Source: a bacterium (GTDB lineage: Bacteria > Elusimicrobiota > Elusimicrobia > UBA1565 > UBA9628). Taken from it: 49,874 nt of DNA. The notes under the pieces were generated by a model. That model made no database searches and was not told where the DNA came from. It saw nothing but the letters and a program-made list of their open reading frames with translations. The stretch lies in assembly GCA_021806745.1 (NCBI GenBank), contig JAJZQS010000003.1, forward strand, positions 1 to 49,874, written 5' to 3'. A program made the translations under genes and the position numbers. Shown here piece by piece: positions 26,328 to 35,169 of the stretch (position 1 is the stretch's first letter; every line of letters starts with the position of its first letter).

Positions 26328-27203
26328 TCAGGCCGGAACGATGTCGCGATATTGAAAGCGCCCGTCGCGCGCGAACGCACCGCCCAATCGCACGCGCAAC
26401 GGCCGGGGAAATATCGGTCCGGCGTAGACGAGCGTGTGGTATTCGCCGCGCTCGCCGCAAGGATCGGCGGACGCGGGAAGCTCGCGCAGGAGCTTCTCAT
26501 CGAGTTCGCGCCCGGCGAAGGAAGCGTCGAGCGCGCGCGTGTCCACGCACGACAGCACCGCGCGGAAACGCCGGGAGACGAATTCGCGCGCCAACGCGGC
26601 CGTGTCCTGTCCCCAAAGCGGATAGAGTCCGAGGAATCCGGCCTTGGCCAGGCGCTCGTCACGCCAGCGCCGCAGGTCTTCCAGAAAGATGTCGCCAAAC
26701 GCCGCGGTCCGCACGCCCTCGGCGCGCAGCTCCTCCAGGCACTCTCCCAGGCGTTTCTCATACAGGGAGTCCGGACAATCGCGCGCGATCGGCATCAAGC
26801 GAAGCGGCAGGCCCAGCCGCAGGGCCTGCGCCCGGATGAGCTCCGTACGCACGCCGTGCATGCCGACGCGGTCTTCCCCCTCCACGACCGAGGTGACCAG
26901 CGCGGCGACGCGGTATCGTCCGCCGGCCGCCAAGCGGTCTAGGGCCAGCGCGCCGTCCTTGCCTCCGCTCCAGAACAGCGCGACGCCTTCGCGTCCCGCG
27001 AGTTTTTCCTCACGGGCTTTCGCCAGGCGCTCGATTTGCGCGCGGGCGCAGTCGGGGCAGGCGCAATCGTCGCCGGTGAAGGGGAGGGCGTGCGGCAGGT
27101 CCTCGCACCAGCACGACGCGCGGCCGTCTTGCGGGCCGCAGACGAATCGGCGTCCGCACGACGCGCAGATTTTCTCTTTCGGGCGGCGATGATCGGAAGC
27201 CAT
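26328..27203 (-). CDS. Fusion of a Cys-rich CWC domain and a Dph6/DUF71-like PP-loop ATP-binding (diphthine-ammonia-ligase-like) domain
   Basis: N-terminal CASC..FVCG..CWC..CACPDC; C-terminal WSGGKD, MHGVR, FGDIFLEDLR, PLW, DPCGERGEYHT. Confidence 0.85.
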   Translation of the reverse strand: MASDHRRPKEKICASCGRRFVCGPQDGRASCWCEDLPHALPFTGDDCACPDCARAQIERLAKAREEKLAGREGVALFWSGGKDGALALDRLAAGGRYRVAALVTSVVEGEDRVGMHGVRTELIRAQALRLGLPLRLMPIARDCPDSLYEKRLGECLEELRAEGVRTAAFGDIFLEDLRRWRDERLAKAGFLGLYPLWGQDTAALAREFVSRRFRAVLSCVDTRALDASFAGRELDEKLLRELPASADPCGERGEYHTLVYAGPIFPRPLRVRLGGAFARDGRFQYRDIVPA

Positions 27204-27206
27204 GAT

Positions 27207-27290
27207 TTAGAGCGGCGGCTTGACGCCGCCAAGACCGAGCGCGCCGTAAACAATGTCCGCGAAGTTAGGCCGCATTTTGTCGATGACTCT
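27207..27290 (-). pseudogene. Degenerate duplicate of the btuB 3' end
   Basis: Translates IDKM..YGALG-LGGVKPPL* versus BtuB IDNM..YGTLGAAGYGGVKLSF*. Exact 13-bp match GCTTGACGCCGCC at 27218-27230 and 28722-28734, at the same offset from the stop codon. Confidence 0.6.
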
Positions 27291-27429
27291 CCCGCGCACA
27301 GCGTAGTCCGTCTTCGCGCCATTCGCAAGTGCGCTTGACTCGCCGCGAAGACATGCGATCCGGACCGCCGTCCTATTCCGCATCGATTTCGCTTGAGCGT
27401 CCAACATGAAAATGCGATCTTGACCTTTC

Positions 27430-28011
27430 ATGGAATCAAACCCTCCACTTCGCGTTCTCGGCGGCGCCGCTTTTGCCGCCCTGGGATTAATGGGGGCCGG
27501 TTGCGGCATGCCCGTGCTGCGAGTCCCCACTCATTACACGGCGGAACAATTGCCGGTCGCCGAAAAACTCCCTCTGCGCGTCGGCCTCCTGATCCCCGAG
27601 TCGACGCTCGACTATCAGTATCACGCGTCATCCGAAGTTGCATATCAGTTCGGCCTGAATCTGCCCGAAGTTTGTCGTCAGATATTTCTGCAGGTTTTCG
27701 ACAGCGTCGTTTTCGTACAGGAGCGGGACTACCGATCGTACGATTTGATCATCGAACCCAGTTTCGACGATGCGAAGACGCGCATCGATGCCCCGCCGTT
27801 ATTCGCATTCTCGCGCGCGACCCACGCGGTCATCGGCATGACCTTCGAAGCCGGGAATGCCTCCGGCATGAGGTGGCGCAAAAGCTTCGTCGAAGACATG
27901 ACGACGGGTGCCGACGGGATGTTTCAGGGCTCGGCCGTTTCAAAAGCGGTGGCCGCGGCGGCGCTGGCGTTGCGTTCCGAACTGGCCTCGGCCGCGTCGG
28001 GGGCGAAGTAG
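27430..28011 (+). CDS. Hypothetical lipoprotein
   Basis: Hydrophobic leader with lipobox-like GAG|C; lower GC than the flanks. Confidence 0.7.
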   Translation: MESNPPLRVLGGAAFAALGLMGAGCGMPVLRVPTHYTAEQLPVAEKLPLRVGLLIPESTLDYQYHASSEVAYQFGLNLPEVCRQIFLQVFDSVVFVQERDYRSYDLIIEPSFDDAKTRIDAPPLFAFSRATHAVIGMTFEAGNASGMRWRKSFVEDMTTGADGMFQGSAVSKAVAAAALALRSELASAASGAK

Positions 28012-28032
28012 CATGCGGCCCTGGATAATGCG

Positions 28033-28674
28033 ATGAGAACAGAGCCCGCCGCCGCATTCCTCATCGCGGCACTTTCCGGCTGCGCCTTCAAGGTCACGAC
28101 GCCGGGCGTTGCCTTGAATGCTCCTCCCCCCCAATCGCCGACCTTGTCGATCGGAGCCGTCGCGTCCGGCATCGATGTCTCGGACGCGGAACAGCCGAAC
28201 GACTACTTCAGTTTCCGGAACGACTTCTACTCGACGCTGACCACCGAATCGCACGGGCTGATCACCCCCTATACCCACCAGCGGCTCCATTTGTACGCGG
28301 CCATTCATTGCCAGTACGACGAGCTCGGCATGGGAAGCATGCTTTGGGATACGCTCACGATGTTTATCCCGCCCCTCGGCTTCATTCCGGTCGCCAGTTC
28401 GGAAAAATACACCATCACTTATTCAATCCGGGACCGTGATGACCGCGTCGTCTATTCGCGGTCGCTCAAGGGTGCGGTGGGAGGCTCCATCAAAGGCTGG
28501 TATCTCGGGCAAATCAATGCTTATGAAGATCTCCTGGACGCCGAAGGGCCGCTCATCGCAAAAAACGCGGCGCGTCTCGTCCTTCAAGACGTGTTTGAGA
28601 ACGCCGCGGTGATTTCCGAGGACGCAGCTCACGATTTGCGCGAGAAGGCGGCCGCGGCGCCCACCAGCGAGTAA
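28033..28674 (+). CDS. Hypothetical lipoprotein
   Basis: Lipobox LSG|C; internal hydrophobic hairpin (TLTMFIPPLGFIP); lower GC than the flanks. Confidence 0.7.
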   Translation: MRTEPAAAFLIAALSGCAFKVTTPGVALNAPPPQSPTLSIGAVASGIDVSDAEQPNDYFSFRNDFYSTLTTESHGLITPYTHQRLHLYAAIHCQYDELGMGSMLWDTLTMFIPPLGFIPVASSEKYTITYSIRDRDDRVVYSRSLKGAVGGSIKGWYLGQINAYEDLLDAEGPLIAKNAARLVLQDVFENAAVISEDAAHDLREKAAAAPTSE

Positions 28675-28710
28675 AAGCCACTCCACGCGCCGCAGGCGCA
28701 GAGCTTGCGT

Positions 28711-30639
28711 TCAAAACGACAGCTTGACGCCGCCGTAGCCGGCCGCGCCAAGCGTACCGTAGCCCTCCACCTGCTCGTAGCGCTTGTCGAACATGTTGTC
28801 GATGCGCGCCGTCAGCGTGAGATGCGAGGCGAGCTGATACTCGGCCGAGGTGTGCCAAAGCCCGTAGCCCCCCAAGGTCACCGGCGTGGCCGGATAGTTG
28901 GAGTAGTTCATGTCTTGGCTCGGCCCCGTGTAGGTCGCGCCGATAAGCCACGACAGGCCTTTGACCGGATGCAATTCCAGATCGCCGCCGAACTTGATCG
29001 CCGGGCGGCGCAACAGTTCGGTGTTGTTGTCGAGATCGCGCGCGTCGGTGTAGGTGAAGTTGCCTCGGACGGTAACCGAGGACGCCGCCAGGACTTGGCC
29101 CGTCAGTTCGACGCCTTGAGAGCGGCTGCGGCCGACGTTGTAGTAGACGTTGGTGGCGGAATTGAAGTCGATGAGGTCGCGGACGTCTTCGTGGAAATAG
29201 GTCGCTCCCAGGCTGGCGCGTTTGTCCCAGAAGTCTTGAGAGATCCCCGCGTCGTAGGAGAAACTGCGCTCGGGCGAGAGTCCCGCGTAACCGTATTGGG
29301 AGTAGAGCTGATAGATCGACGGCGCCTTGAAGCCGGTGCCGATGCTGGCCTTGAGCTGCGTCTGAGTCTCCGGGATCAGGAAATTCGGCGAGACGCGGTA
29401 GGTGTCGGCCGAGCCGAACTGGGAGTTGTCGTCGTGGCGGCCGCCGATGGAGATGAAAAATCGGTCGTCGTATTTCAGCAATTCCTCGGCGAAGGCGCTT
29501 TTCGTGTAGATGTCCTGGTTGCCGAAGATCGAGTCATAGGGGCCATACGAACTCACCGAGGTGTAGGATTCGTGCGCGCGCTCCTCTTGGGATTCCACGC
29601 CCGCGGTGAGCGTATTCCAAGAGGCGGGCTTGGCGACTATTTGATAGCTGAATTTCGTCGTCTGGCCGTAGGTGGATTCGTTGGATTGGCTCGTTGGATT
29701 GACATAGGAGGGATTGTCCAGGAACAGGCGGCTGGTCGTGGACTCGCCCGCCAGGACTTTCTGCACGAGTCGGCCGTCGAAATCCGAAACCGTCAAATGG
29801 GCGGACAAGTCCGTTTCCCGGAAAGCCCCGGTGTAGGCCGGGTCCTGTCCGCCCGCTCCGCCGTAATCGGCCAAGCCGTAAAACGAGTTCGAATCCCGCG
29901 CGTCCAAATCCAACCGGACGCCCTTTGCAGGCTTGATTCCCAAGGACCCCGACAGCGTCGTGTCGCGATATGGATCGCGGATCGTGTTGCCGTAGTCGCT
30001 GCCCGCGGCGGGAATGCTTCCGGTCGCCTGGCGTGACGCCGAGGCCGAGTAGTCGAGAAATTTCGACCCGCCGTTCAAGTCCCCCTTGTAAATGTCGGTG
30101 TTGTAGGAGCCCCACTCGGCCGAGACGGAGCCTTTCGCCTTCCCCGAGCCCTTGCGCGTGACGATGCTGATCACGCCGCCGATGGCGTCGGAACCATACA
30201 TCACGCTCTGCGGACCGCGCAGGATCTCGATGCGCTCGATGTTGTCGGTGGTCATGTTGGCGAAGTCGTAGGAAGCCGAGGTGCTCGCGGCGTCGTTGAC
30301 GGGCATCCCGTCGACGAGCACCAAGGTGTGGCTTGAATCCGAGCCGCGGATGAACACCGAGGTCGTCCCGCCCGGCCCTCCGGCCTGCACCACGTCCACG
30401 CCCGGCACCGTGCGCAGCAGGTCCGCGAGAAACGGCTCGCCGCGCAGTTCAATCTCCTTGCGGTCGATGACGGTGGCGTCGTTGCCCACCTGTTCGAGCG
30501 TCTCGTCGATGCGGTCCACGGAACTCAGGTGAGTGGAGGCGGGATCGACGGCGAGCGCGGAGTCTATTTGGGCCCGGGAGGATGCGGCAAGAAGGAACGC
30601 GGCGGCGGCGGCGGCGGCGACAAGACGGCGATGGTCCAT
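28711..30639 (-). CDS. btuB: TonB-dependent cobalamin receptor
   Basis: Signal peptide, plug motifs (LRTVPGV, SVFIRG, LVLVDG, IERIEILRGPQS.MYGSDAIGGVI), C-terminal Phe, and an upstream cobalamin riboswitch. Confidence 0.88.
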   Translation of the reverse strand: MDHRRLVAAAAAAAFLLAASSRAQIDSALAVDPASTHLSSVDRIDETLEQVGNDATVIDRKEIELRGEPFLADLLRTVPGVDVVQAGGPGGTTSVFIRGSDSSHTLVLVDGMPVNDAASTSASYDFANMTTDNIERIEILRGPQSVMYGSDAIGGVISIVTRKGSGKAKGSVSAEWGSYNTDIYKGDLNGGSKFLDYSASASRQATGSIPAAGSDYGNTIRDPYRDTTLSGSLGIKPAKGVRLDLDARDSNSFYGLADYGGAGGQDPAYTGAFRETDLSAHLTVSDFDGRLVQKVLAGESTTSRLFLDNPSYVNPTSQSNESTYGQTTKFSYQIVAKPASWNTLTAGVESQEERAHESYTSVSSYGPYDSIFGNQDIYTKSAFAEELLKYDDRFFISIGGRHDDNSQFGSADTYRVSPNFLIPETQTQLKASIGTGFKAPSIYQLYSQYGYAGLSPERSFSYDAGISQDFWDKRASLGATYFHEDVRDLIDFNSATNVYYNVGRSRSQGVELTGQVLAASSVTVRGNFTYTDARDLDNNTELLRRPAIKFGGDLELHPVKGLSWLIGATYTGPSQDMNYSNYPATPVTLGGYGLWHTSAEYQLASHLTLTARIDNMFDKRYEQVEGYGTLGAAGYGGVKLSF

Positions 30640-30640
30640 G

Positions 30641-30748
30641 GTCTTCCCTCGAAGTTGCGGACTCGAGTCGGTCGACCGGACTGATCGCTTGCGCGAATCA
30701 CCGTTGCGGGGCAGCCCCGGAATCTCACCGGGTTCCTCCGACTCTGAG
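30641..30748 (-). ncRNA. Cobalamin riboswitch (compact, class II-like)
   Basis: Minus strand GAGTCGG-AGGAAC-CCGGTGAGATTCCGG-GGCTGCCCCGCAACGGTGAT...AGTCCGGTCGA-CCGACTC, with closing stem, T-loop hairpin and B12-box-like elements. Followed by a CTTC-GAGG-GAAG hairpin over the RBS just before the btuB ATG. Confidence 0.85.
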
Positions 30749-30857
30749 GAGTGGACCTTATCATTTGCGCGGGATTACGCGCAACGGCTCGGCCGGCCCC
30801 GGGATGGGACTGAAACGAAACCATCTCAAATCCAACGCCGAAAGCCCCAAGCCTTTC

Positions 30858-30924
30858 TGGGCCCATCGGCACGCGCGTCTAGGACGATGGCCCCATGTCC
30901 CACCATGCGGGAGGCCGCTACGCT
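30858..30924 (+). promoter_or_regulatory. Putative activator-binding element plus -10 box (second copy)
   Basis: TGGGCC..CGTCTAGGACGATGGCCCCATGTCCCAC..TACGCT-N6-ATG(30931); matches the 2261-2310 element. Confidence 0.6.
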
Positions 30925-30930
30925 GTGCGC

Positions 30931-31719
30931 ATGAAATACCTCCTCGCCGCGCTTGCGACCGCCGCGGCCGCCTCCTCCGCCGCCGCTCAAAGCGCCCCCG
31001 ACGCGCGCATCGAAGCGTTGCTGTCGAACACCGGCTCTTTCGCGCAGCCGCTGGCCCTGCCCGCCGCGCCGTCCGCGGCGCCGCCCGCCGCGGCTCTCGC
31101 GCCCGCGCCGGTCGCCTCCGGTGCGCTCGTGCCTCCAGGGCTTTGGTCGACGCTGTCGGCGCCGGACTCCGCCACGCTGGCCTGGCTGGGCGCGCGAATT
31201 CCCGGGCTGGACCTCGGCCGGGTCCGCGTGCTGACCTTCGCCGACGCCGACGCGATCTTCGCCACCGCCGCCGATCGGCGGATGTCGCCGCTCGACGTGT
31301 TCTCCGATTCGGCGTTTCGCGGCGCCGAAATCTACTACATCCCCAAGGAGGTGATCGTGGAGATCTTCGCGCGCTACGAGATACGCGTGCTGACCCCGAT
31401 TTCCGGAACCTCCACGGACGGCCGGCCGTTCTCGATGCAGGCGCTTGTGCTCGGCGGCGGACGCGTCGAATCGCTCTACGATCTAAGCGATTTCGACGCG
31501 AACAACCCGATGTTCCCGGACTACACCTACAAGTTCTCCGGACGCGTGACCGAGACGATCAACGGCCCCGGCGACCTCGGCATCCAGGGCGTCTGGGTGC
31601 GCGACGGGTTCTTCACGCCGCGCATCGAGCGCATCGTGAAGATCTCCCCGACCGAAGGGCGCGTGGAGACCAACTACGGCAGCCGCGTCAAGCCGGTAAT
31701 GCCCATCAGCCGGCGCTGA
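30931..31719 (+). CDS. Hypothetical secreted protein with Ala/Pro-rich linker
   Basis: Signal peptide MKYLLAALATAAAASSAAA; strongly biased high-GC3 codon usage. Confidence 0.78.
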   Translation: MKYLLAALATAAAASSAAAQSAPDARIEALLSNTGSFAQPLALPAAPSAAPPAAALAPAPVASGALVPPGLWSTLSAPDSATLAWLGARIPGLDLGRVRVLTFADADAIFATAADRRMSPLDVFSDSAFRGAEIYYIPKEVIVEIFARYEIRVLTPISGTSTDGRPFSMQALVLGGGRVESLYDLSDFDANNPMFPDYTYKFSGRVTETINGPGDLGIQGVWVRDGFFTPRIERIVKISPTEGRVETNYGSRVKPVMPISRR

Positions 31720-31720
31720 A

Positions 31721-32527
31721 TCAGCGCGACTCGCCGGGTTTTGCCGACAAGAGGAGCTTGGAGCCGACCTCCGGACCGATGACCACGGTCTTCGCGTTGG
31801 AGGAATCGGCCAAGCGCCCCAACTCCTGGATGCGGTCGAACTGCAGGATGTCGGCGCTGAGGCTCTTGGACACGATCGCGTTGTAGTCGGCGATGCCGGA
31901 AGCCTCGACGCGCTTCTGGTCCGCCTGCGCCTGCGCGACCTGGAGCACATACTTCATCTTCAGCACGTCCTGCTCGGCGGCGAGCTTCTCGTCGATCGCG
32001 CGACGGATCGCGTCGGGAAGCTCCACGTTGCGCACGAGCACGGCCTCAAGCGCGATGTGCTTGCCCGCGAGCTTGGCCTCCAGGCCCTCGCGGATCTCGC
32101 GCTCGATGACCTCGCGCTTGGTCGAGTAGATCTCTTCGGGCGTGTAGCTTCCAAACACCCGCCGCGCGTCGGAGCGTAGCAGCGGCGCAAGAATTTTATC
32201 GTAATACTCCGGCCCGATCTGCTCGTGCAGCGCGACGATCTGGTCGCCCAGCAGGTGGTAGCGGATGGTCGCGTCGATGTTGATCTGCAGTCCGTTGCTG
32301 GCGATGACGTTGAGCACCTCGTCATTGCTCATCGTGCGCAAATCGTAGACGTAGAGTTCGTTCCAGGGCGCCACGACGTGGCGTCCCTCGCCCCAGGTGC
32401 GCTGCTGCGTGCCGCCGACGCTGTCCCACATCACGCCAATGCGACCCGGACCCACGCTCGCGCAGCCCGACGCCAACGCCGCCGCGGCGATCGCCGCCAG
32501 ACCCGCGGAATTTCTCGTCTTGATCAC
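31721..32527 (-). CDS. SPFH/prohibitin family protein (lipoprotein-type N-terminus)
   Basis: EGRHVVAPWN..YDLR, YTPEEIYSTKRE, VRNVELP..I..AI..K..AEQ; lipobox ASG|C. Confidence 0.88.
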   Translation of the reverse strand: MIKTRNSAGLAAIAAAALASGCASVGPGRIGVMWDSVGGTQQRTWGEGRHVVAPWNELYVYDLRTMSNDEVLNVIASNGLQINIDATIRYHLLGDQIVALHEQIGPEYYDKILAPLLRSDARRVFGSYTPEEIYSTKREVIEREIREGLEAKLAGKHIALEAVLVRNVELPDAIRRAIDEKLAAEQDVLKMKYVLQVAQAQADQKRVEASGIADYNAIVSKSLSADILQFDRIQELGRLADSSNAKTVVIGPEVGSKLLLSAKPGESR

Positions 32528-33360
32528 GGTTCCACCTCCACCAGATTCTTATCGCCGTTTTCCGACGCCAACACGACCGTCGCCGGGGAGTTCAACAGAC
32601 GCTGCCACGCGCGGCGGTCCTCGTCTTCCAGAATGTCGGCCGTCAGCGTCGGCGCCACGCGCGCGTGCGCGTCCGCGGTGCCGCGCGCCCGCTGCCGCCT
32701 CGCGTCGGCCCGCCCCCGGGCCAAAGCCACGTCCTGACGCGCCTGCAGGGCCTTCTGCTGCCACACCGAGGTGTCCGCGATCGCCGCGTTGGCGCCCGGA
32801 AGGTCCAGGAATATCCCGCGCAAAACCAACGCGTCCAGCGCGACATGACGCGGACGCAGGCGGGCCGCCGCCGCCTCGGTGATCGCCTTTTGCGCGGCCA
32901 AGACCGCGCCCGGGTCCACGAGTTCGCGCCAGCGATAGCGCGCCAGCACCCGGCGAACCTCGGACATCAAGATGGGCCTCACCAAGACCGCGTAGTAGTC
33001 CGTCCCCGTCTCCCGCTCCAGAGCGACGAGTTCCCCGGCGACTGGCCGATAGGAGACCAACGACGAGCCCGCCGTCACCGGCGCGCCGTCGGCCGTCAAC
33101 GCGTGAAGGTCCTCGTTTCGCTCCTGCTCGCGCACGTCGTAGAGCCGCGTCATCGACAGCGGGGCGATCGGCGCCTCGCCCTCGCCCAGTTCGCTCATCG
33201 CGCCCGTGGGCCCCATCACCACCGCGCGGCGGCCCGGCGGCACGCTCACGCAGCCCGCCAAGAGAAAAATCGCGCAGACCGAGGCGAGGCGCAGCAACTC
33301 GATGCCGCGTGCGGCCGCCGAGACCATCGCCGTCTTGCCCGCCACGCCCGCGTCCGTCAT
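32524..33360 (-). CDS. SPFH/prohibitin family protein, divergent paralog
   Basis: Collinear similarity to the downstream SPFH gene (VPPG..V, EG, YDVR, YY..LVRP). LAG|C lipobox. TATAAT-N6-ATG supports the start at 33360. Confidence 0.75.
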   Translation of the reverse strand: MTDAGVAGKTAMVSAAARGIELLRLASVCAIFLLAGCVSVPPGRRAVVMGPTGAMSELGEGEAPIAPLSMTRLYDVREQERNEDLHALTADGAPVTAGSSLVSYRPVAGELVALERETGTDYYAVLVRPILMSEVRRVLARYRWRELVDPGAVLAAQKAITEAAAARLRPRHVALDALVLRGIFLDLPGANAAIADTSVWQQKALQARQDVALARGRADARRQRARGTADAHARVAPTLTADILEDEDRRAWQRLLNSPATVVLASENGDKNLVEVEP

Positions 33361-33424
33361 CGCGCAATTATAGATCATCGCGGGGGTCCGAACGGCGCCG
33401 GACAAAAGTGTTAAAATTCCGCCC

Positions 33425-34291
33425 ATGTCCGAAAAGACCAAGTCGGGCGCCAAGGCCGCGCCCGTCTACGCCGGAGACTGCGCCAAGCCCGTGACCACGG
33501 CTTCGCTCGTCGACATGAAGCGCAAAGGCGTCAAGATCACGATGCTGACCGCCTACGACTGTCCGACCGCGCGCGCGGCGGAGGAGGCCGGCATCGACGC
33601 CGTGCTCGTCGGCGACTCGGTGGCGATGACCAAGCTCGGCTACGAAAGCACTCTGCCCGTGACGATGGAGGAGATGCTCCACCACGTGAAGGCCGTCAAG
33701 CGCGGGCTGTCGCGCGCGCTGCTCGTGGCCGACATGCCCTACCTCAGCTACGAACTCGATGCTAAGGAGGCCGCGCGCAACGCGGGCCGATTTCTGAAGG
33801 AAGGCGGCGCGCACGCGGTCAAGCTCGAGGGCGGCCTGGAGGTCGCGCCGATCGTCAAGGAACTCGTCAAGGTCAACGTCCCCGTTTTCGGACATCTCGG
33901 ACTCACCCCCCAGGCGGTGCACCGCCTTGGCGGCTACCGCGTCCAGGGGCGCAAGCCCGAAGACGCCGAGCGCATCGCCACCGAGGCGCGCGTGCTGGAA
34001 GGCGCCGGAGTCTGCGCCATCGTGCTCGAATGCGTGCCCGCCGAACTCGCGCGAGACATCACCCGCCGGGTCTGCGTGCCCACCATCGGCATCGGCGCCG
34101 GAGCGCACTGCGACGGCCAAGTCCTGGTCAGCGACGACATGCTCGGTCTGACCGAAGGCGGACCGACGAAGTTCGTCAAGCGCTACGCGGACCTGCGCGC
34201 TCAGGCGGTGCGCGCCATGGCCGACTACTGCCGCGAGGTGCGCGAAGGCCGCTTCCCCGGACCCGAGCACTCGTTTACGAATCCTTCATGA
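33425..34291 (+). CDS. panB: 3-methyl-2-oxobutanoate hydroxymethyltransferase
   Basis: MLTAYD, LVGDS, ADMPY, VKLEGG, GHLGLTPQ, IGIGAG..CDGQVLV. TGnTAAAAT-N7-ATG upstream. Confidence 0.96.
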   Translation: MSEKTKSGAKAAPVYAGDCAKPVTTASLVDMKRKGVKITMLTAYDCPTARAAEEAGIDAVLVGDSVAMTKLGYESTLPVTMEEMLHHVKAVKRGLSRALLVADMPYLSYELDAKEAARNAGRFLKEGGAHAVKLEGGLEVAPIVKELVKVNVPVFGHLGLTPQAVHRLGGYRVQGRKPEDAERIATEARVLEGAGVCAIVLECVPAELARDITRRVCVPTIGIGAGAHCDGQVLVSDDMLGLTEGGPTKFVKRYADLRAQAVRAMADYCREVREGRFPGPEHSFTNPS

Positions 34292-35169
34292 TCTGGGCCG
34301 TCGCAGGCGTCATCGCGCTGTCGGCGGGCGTGCTCGGCCTGTGCTGGTGGGGCTCGGGAATCGTCATGCACCCGCCGGCGATGTCGCCGATGTGGGTTTT
34401 CCCGGAGCAGTTCGGCCTGCGCTACGAGAAAGTCTCCTTCAAAACCCGCGACGGGCTGGAACTTAGGGGCTGGTTCATCCCCTCGCCGACCGGCGACCCG
34501 CGCACCCTGGTCATGTGCCACGGCTGGGGCGACAACAAGGGCGAACTGCTCAAGATGACCGGCTTTCTCAACGAACGCCCCGGCCTCAACCTCCTCTATT
34601 TCGACTTCCGCTCCCACGGCGAGAGCGAGGGCGAGTTCACCACGATCGGCGGCCTGGAAACGCAGGACTTCGACGCCGCCGTCGAATGGCTGCGGAGAGA
34701 AAAGCCCGGGCTCGCCGCGCGCGCGGGCGTCTTCGGACTGTCGATGGGCGCGGCGGTGGCCGTGGCCTCCTTGCCCAATCACCCGGATCTGCGCTGCGCC
34801 GTGGTGGAAAGCCCGTTCTCGGACTACGCCGGCGTCGTCGAGCGCTGGAGCTGGAACAACCTGCGCATCCCGCGCTTTCCGCTCATCGACATCGCGATGG
34901 TGCTGCTGCGGCTTCGCGTCGGAAACCCCCGCGTGGATCGCTTCAACCCCGTCGAGGCCGCGCCACGCATCGCGCCCAGGCCCGTGCTGATGATCGCGGG
35001 CGAAAAAGACGACCTGATGCCGGTCTGGGACGTGCGCCGCGTCTACGAGGCCGCGCGCGAGCCCAAGCAACTCTGGATCGTGCCCGACGCCCGCCACGCG
35101 AAATGCCGCGAGACGGCAGGTCTGGAATACGACACTCGCGTCGCGGCGTTCTTCGACAAGCACCTATGA
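34288..35169 (+). CDS. Membrane-anchored alpha/beta hydrolase
   Basis: N-terminal TM helix, CHGWG, FDFRSHGESEG, GLSMG nucleophile elbow, Asp (KDD) and His (RH). ATGA overlaps on both sides. Confidence 0.88.
   Translation: MIWAVAGVIALSAGVLGLCWWGSGIVMHPPAMSPMWVFPEQFGLRYEKVSFKTRDGLELRGWFIPSPTGDPRTLVMCHGWGDNKGELLKMTGFLNERPGLNLLYFDFRSHGESEGEFTTIGGLETQDFDAAVEWLRREKPGLAARAGVFGLSMGAAVAVASLPNHPDLRCAVVESPFSDYAGVVERWSWNNLRIPRFPLIDIAMVLLRLRVGNPRVDRFNPVEAAPRIAPRPVLMIAGEKDDLMPVWDVRRVYEAAREPKQLWIVPDARHAKCRETAGLEYDTRVAAFFDKHL

Noticed and set aside
27207-27530. 107-aa minus-strand ORF as a real gene
   Set aside because: It overlaps the lipoprotein start on the other strand, and only its last ~27 codons resemble anything (the btuB terminus), so it is treated as a remnant.
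27430-28674. Calling the lipoprotein insert a mobile element
   Set aside because: No integrase, transposase or terminal inverted repeats are present; it is reported only as an inferred insertion.
28705-30036. 443-aa plus-strand ORF within btuB
   Set aside because: Antisense shadow of the TonB-dependent receptor.
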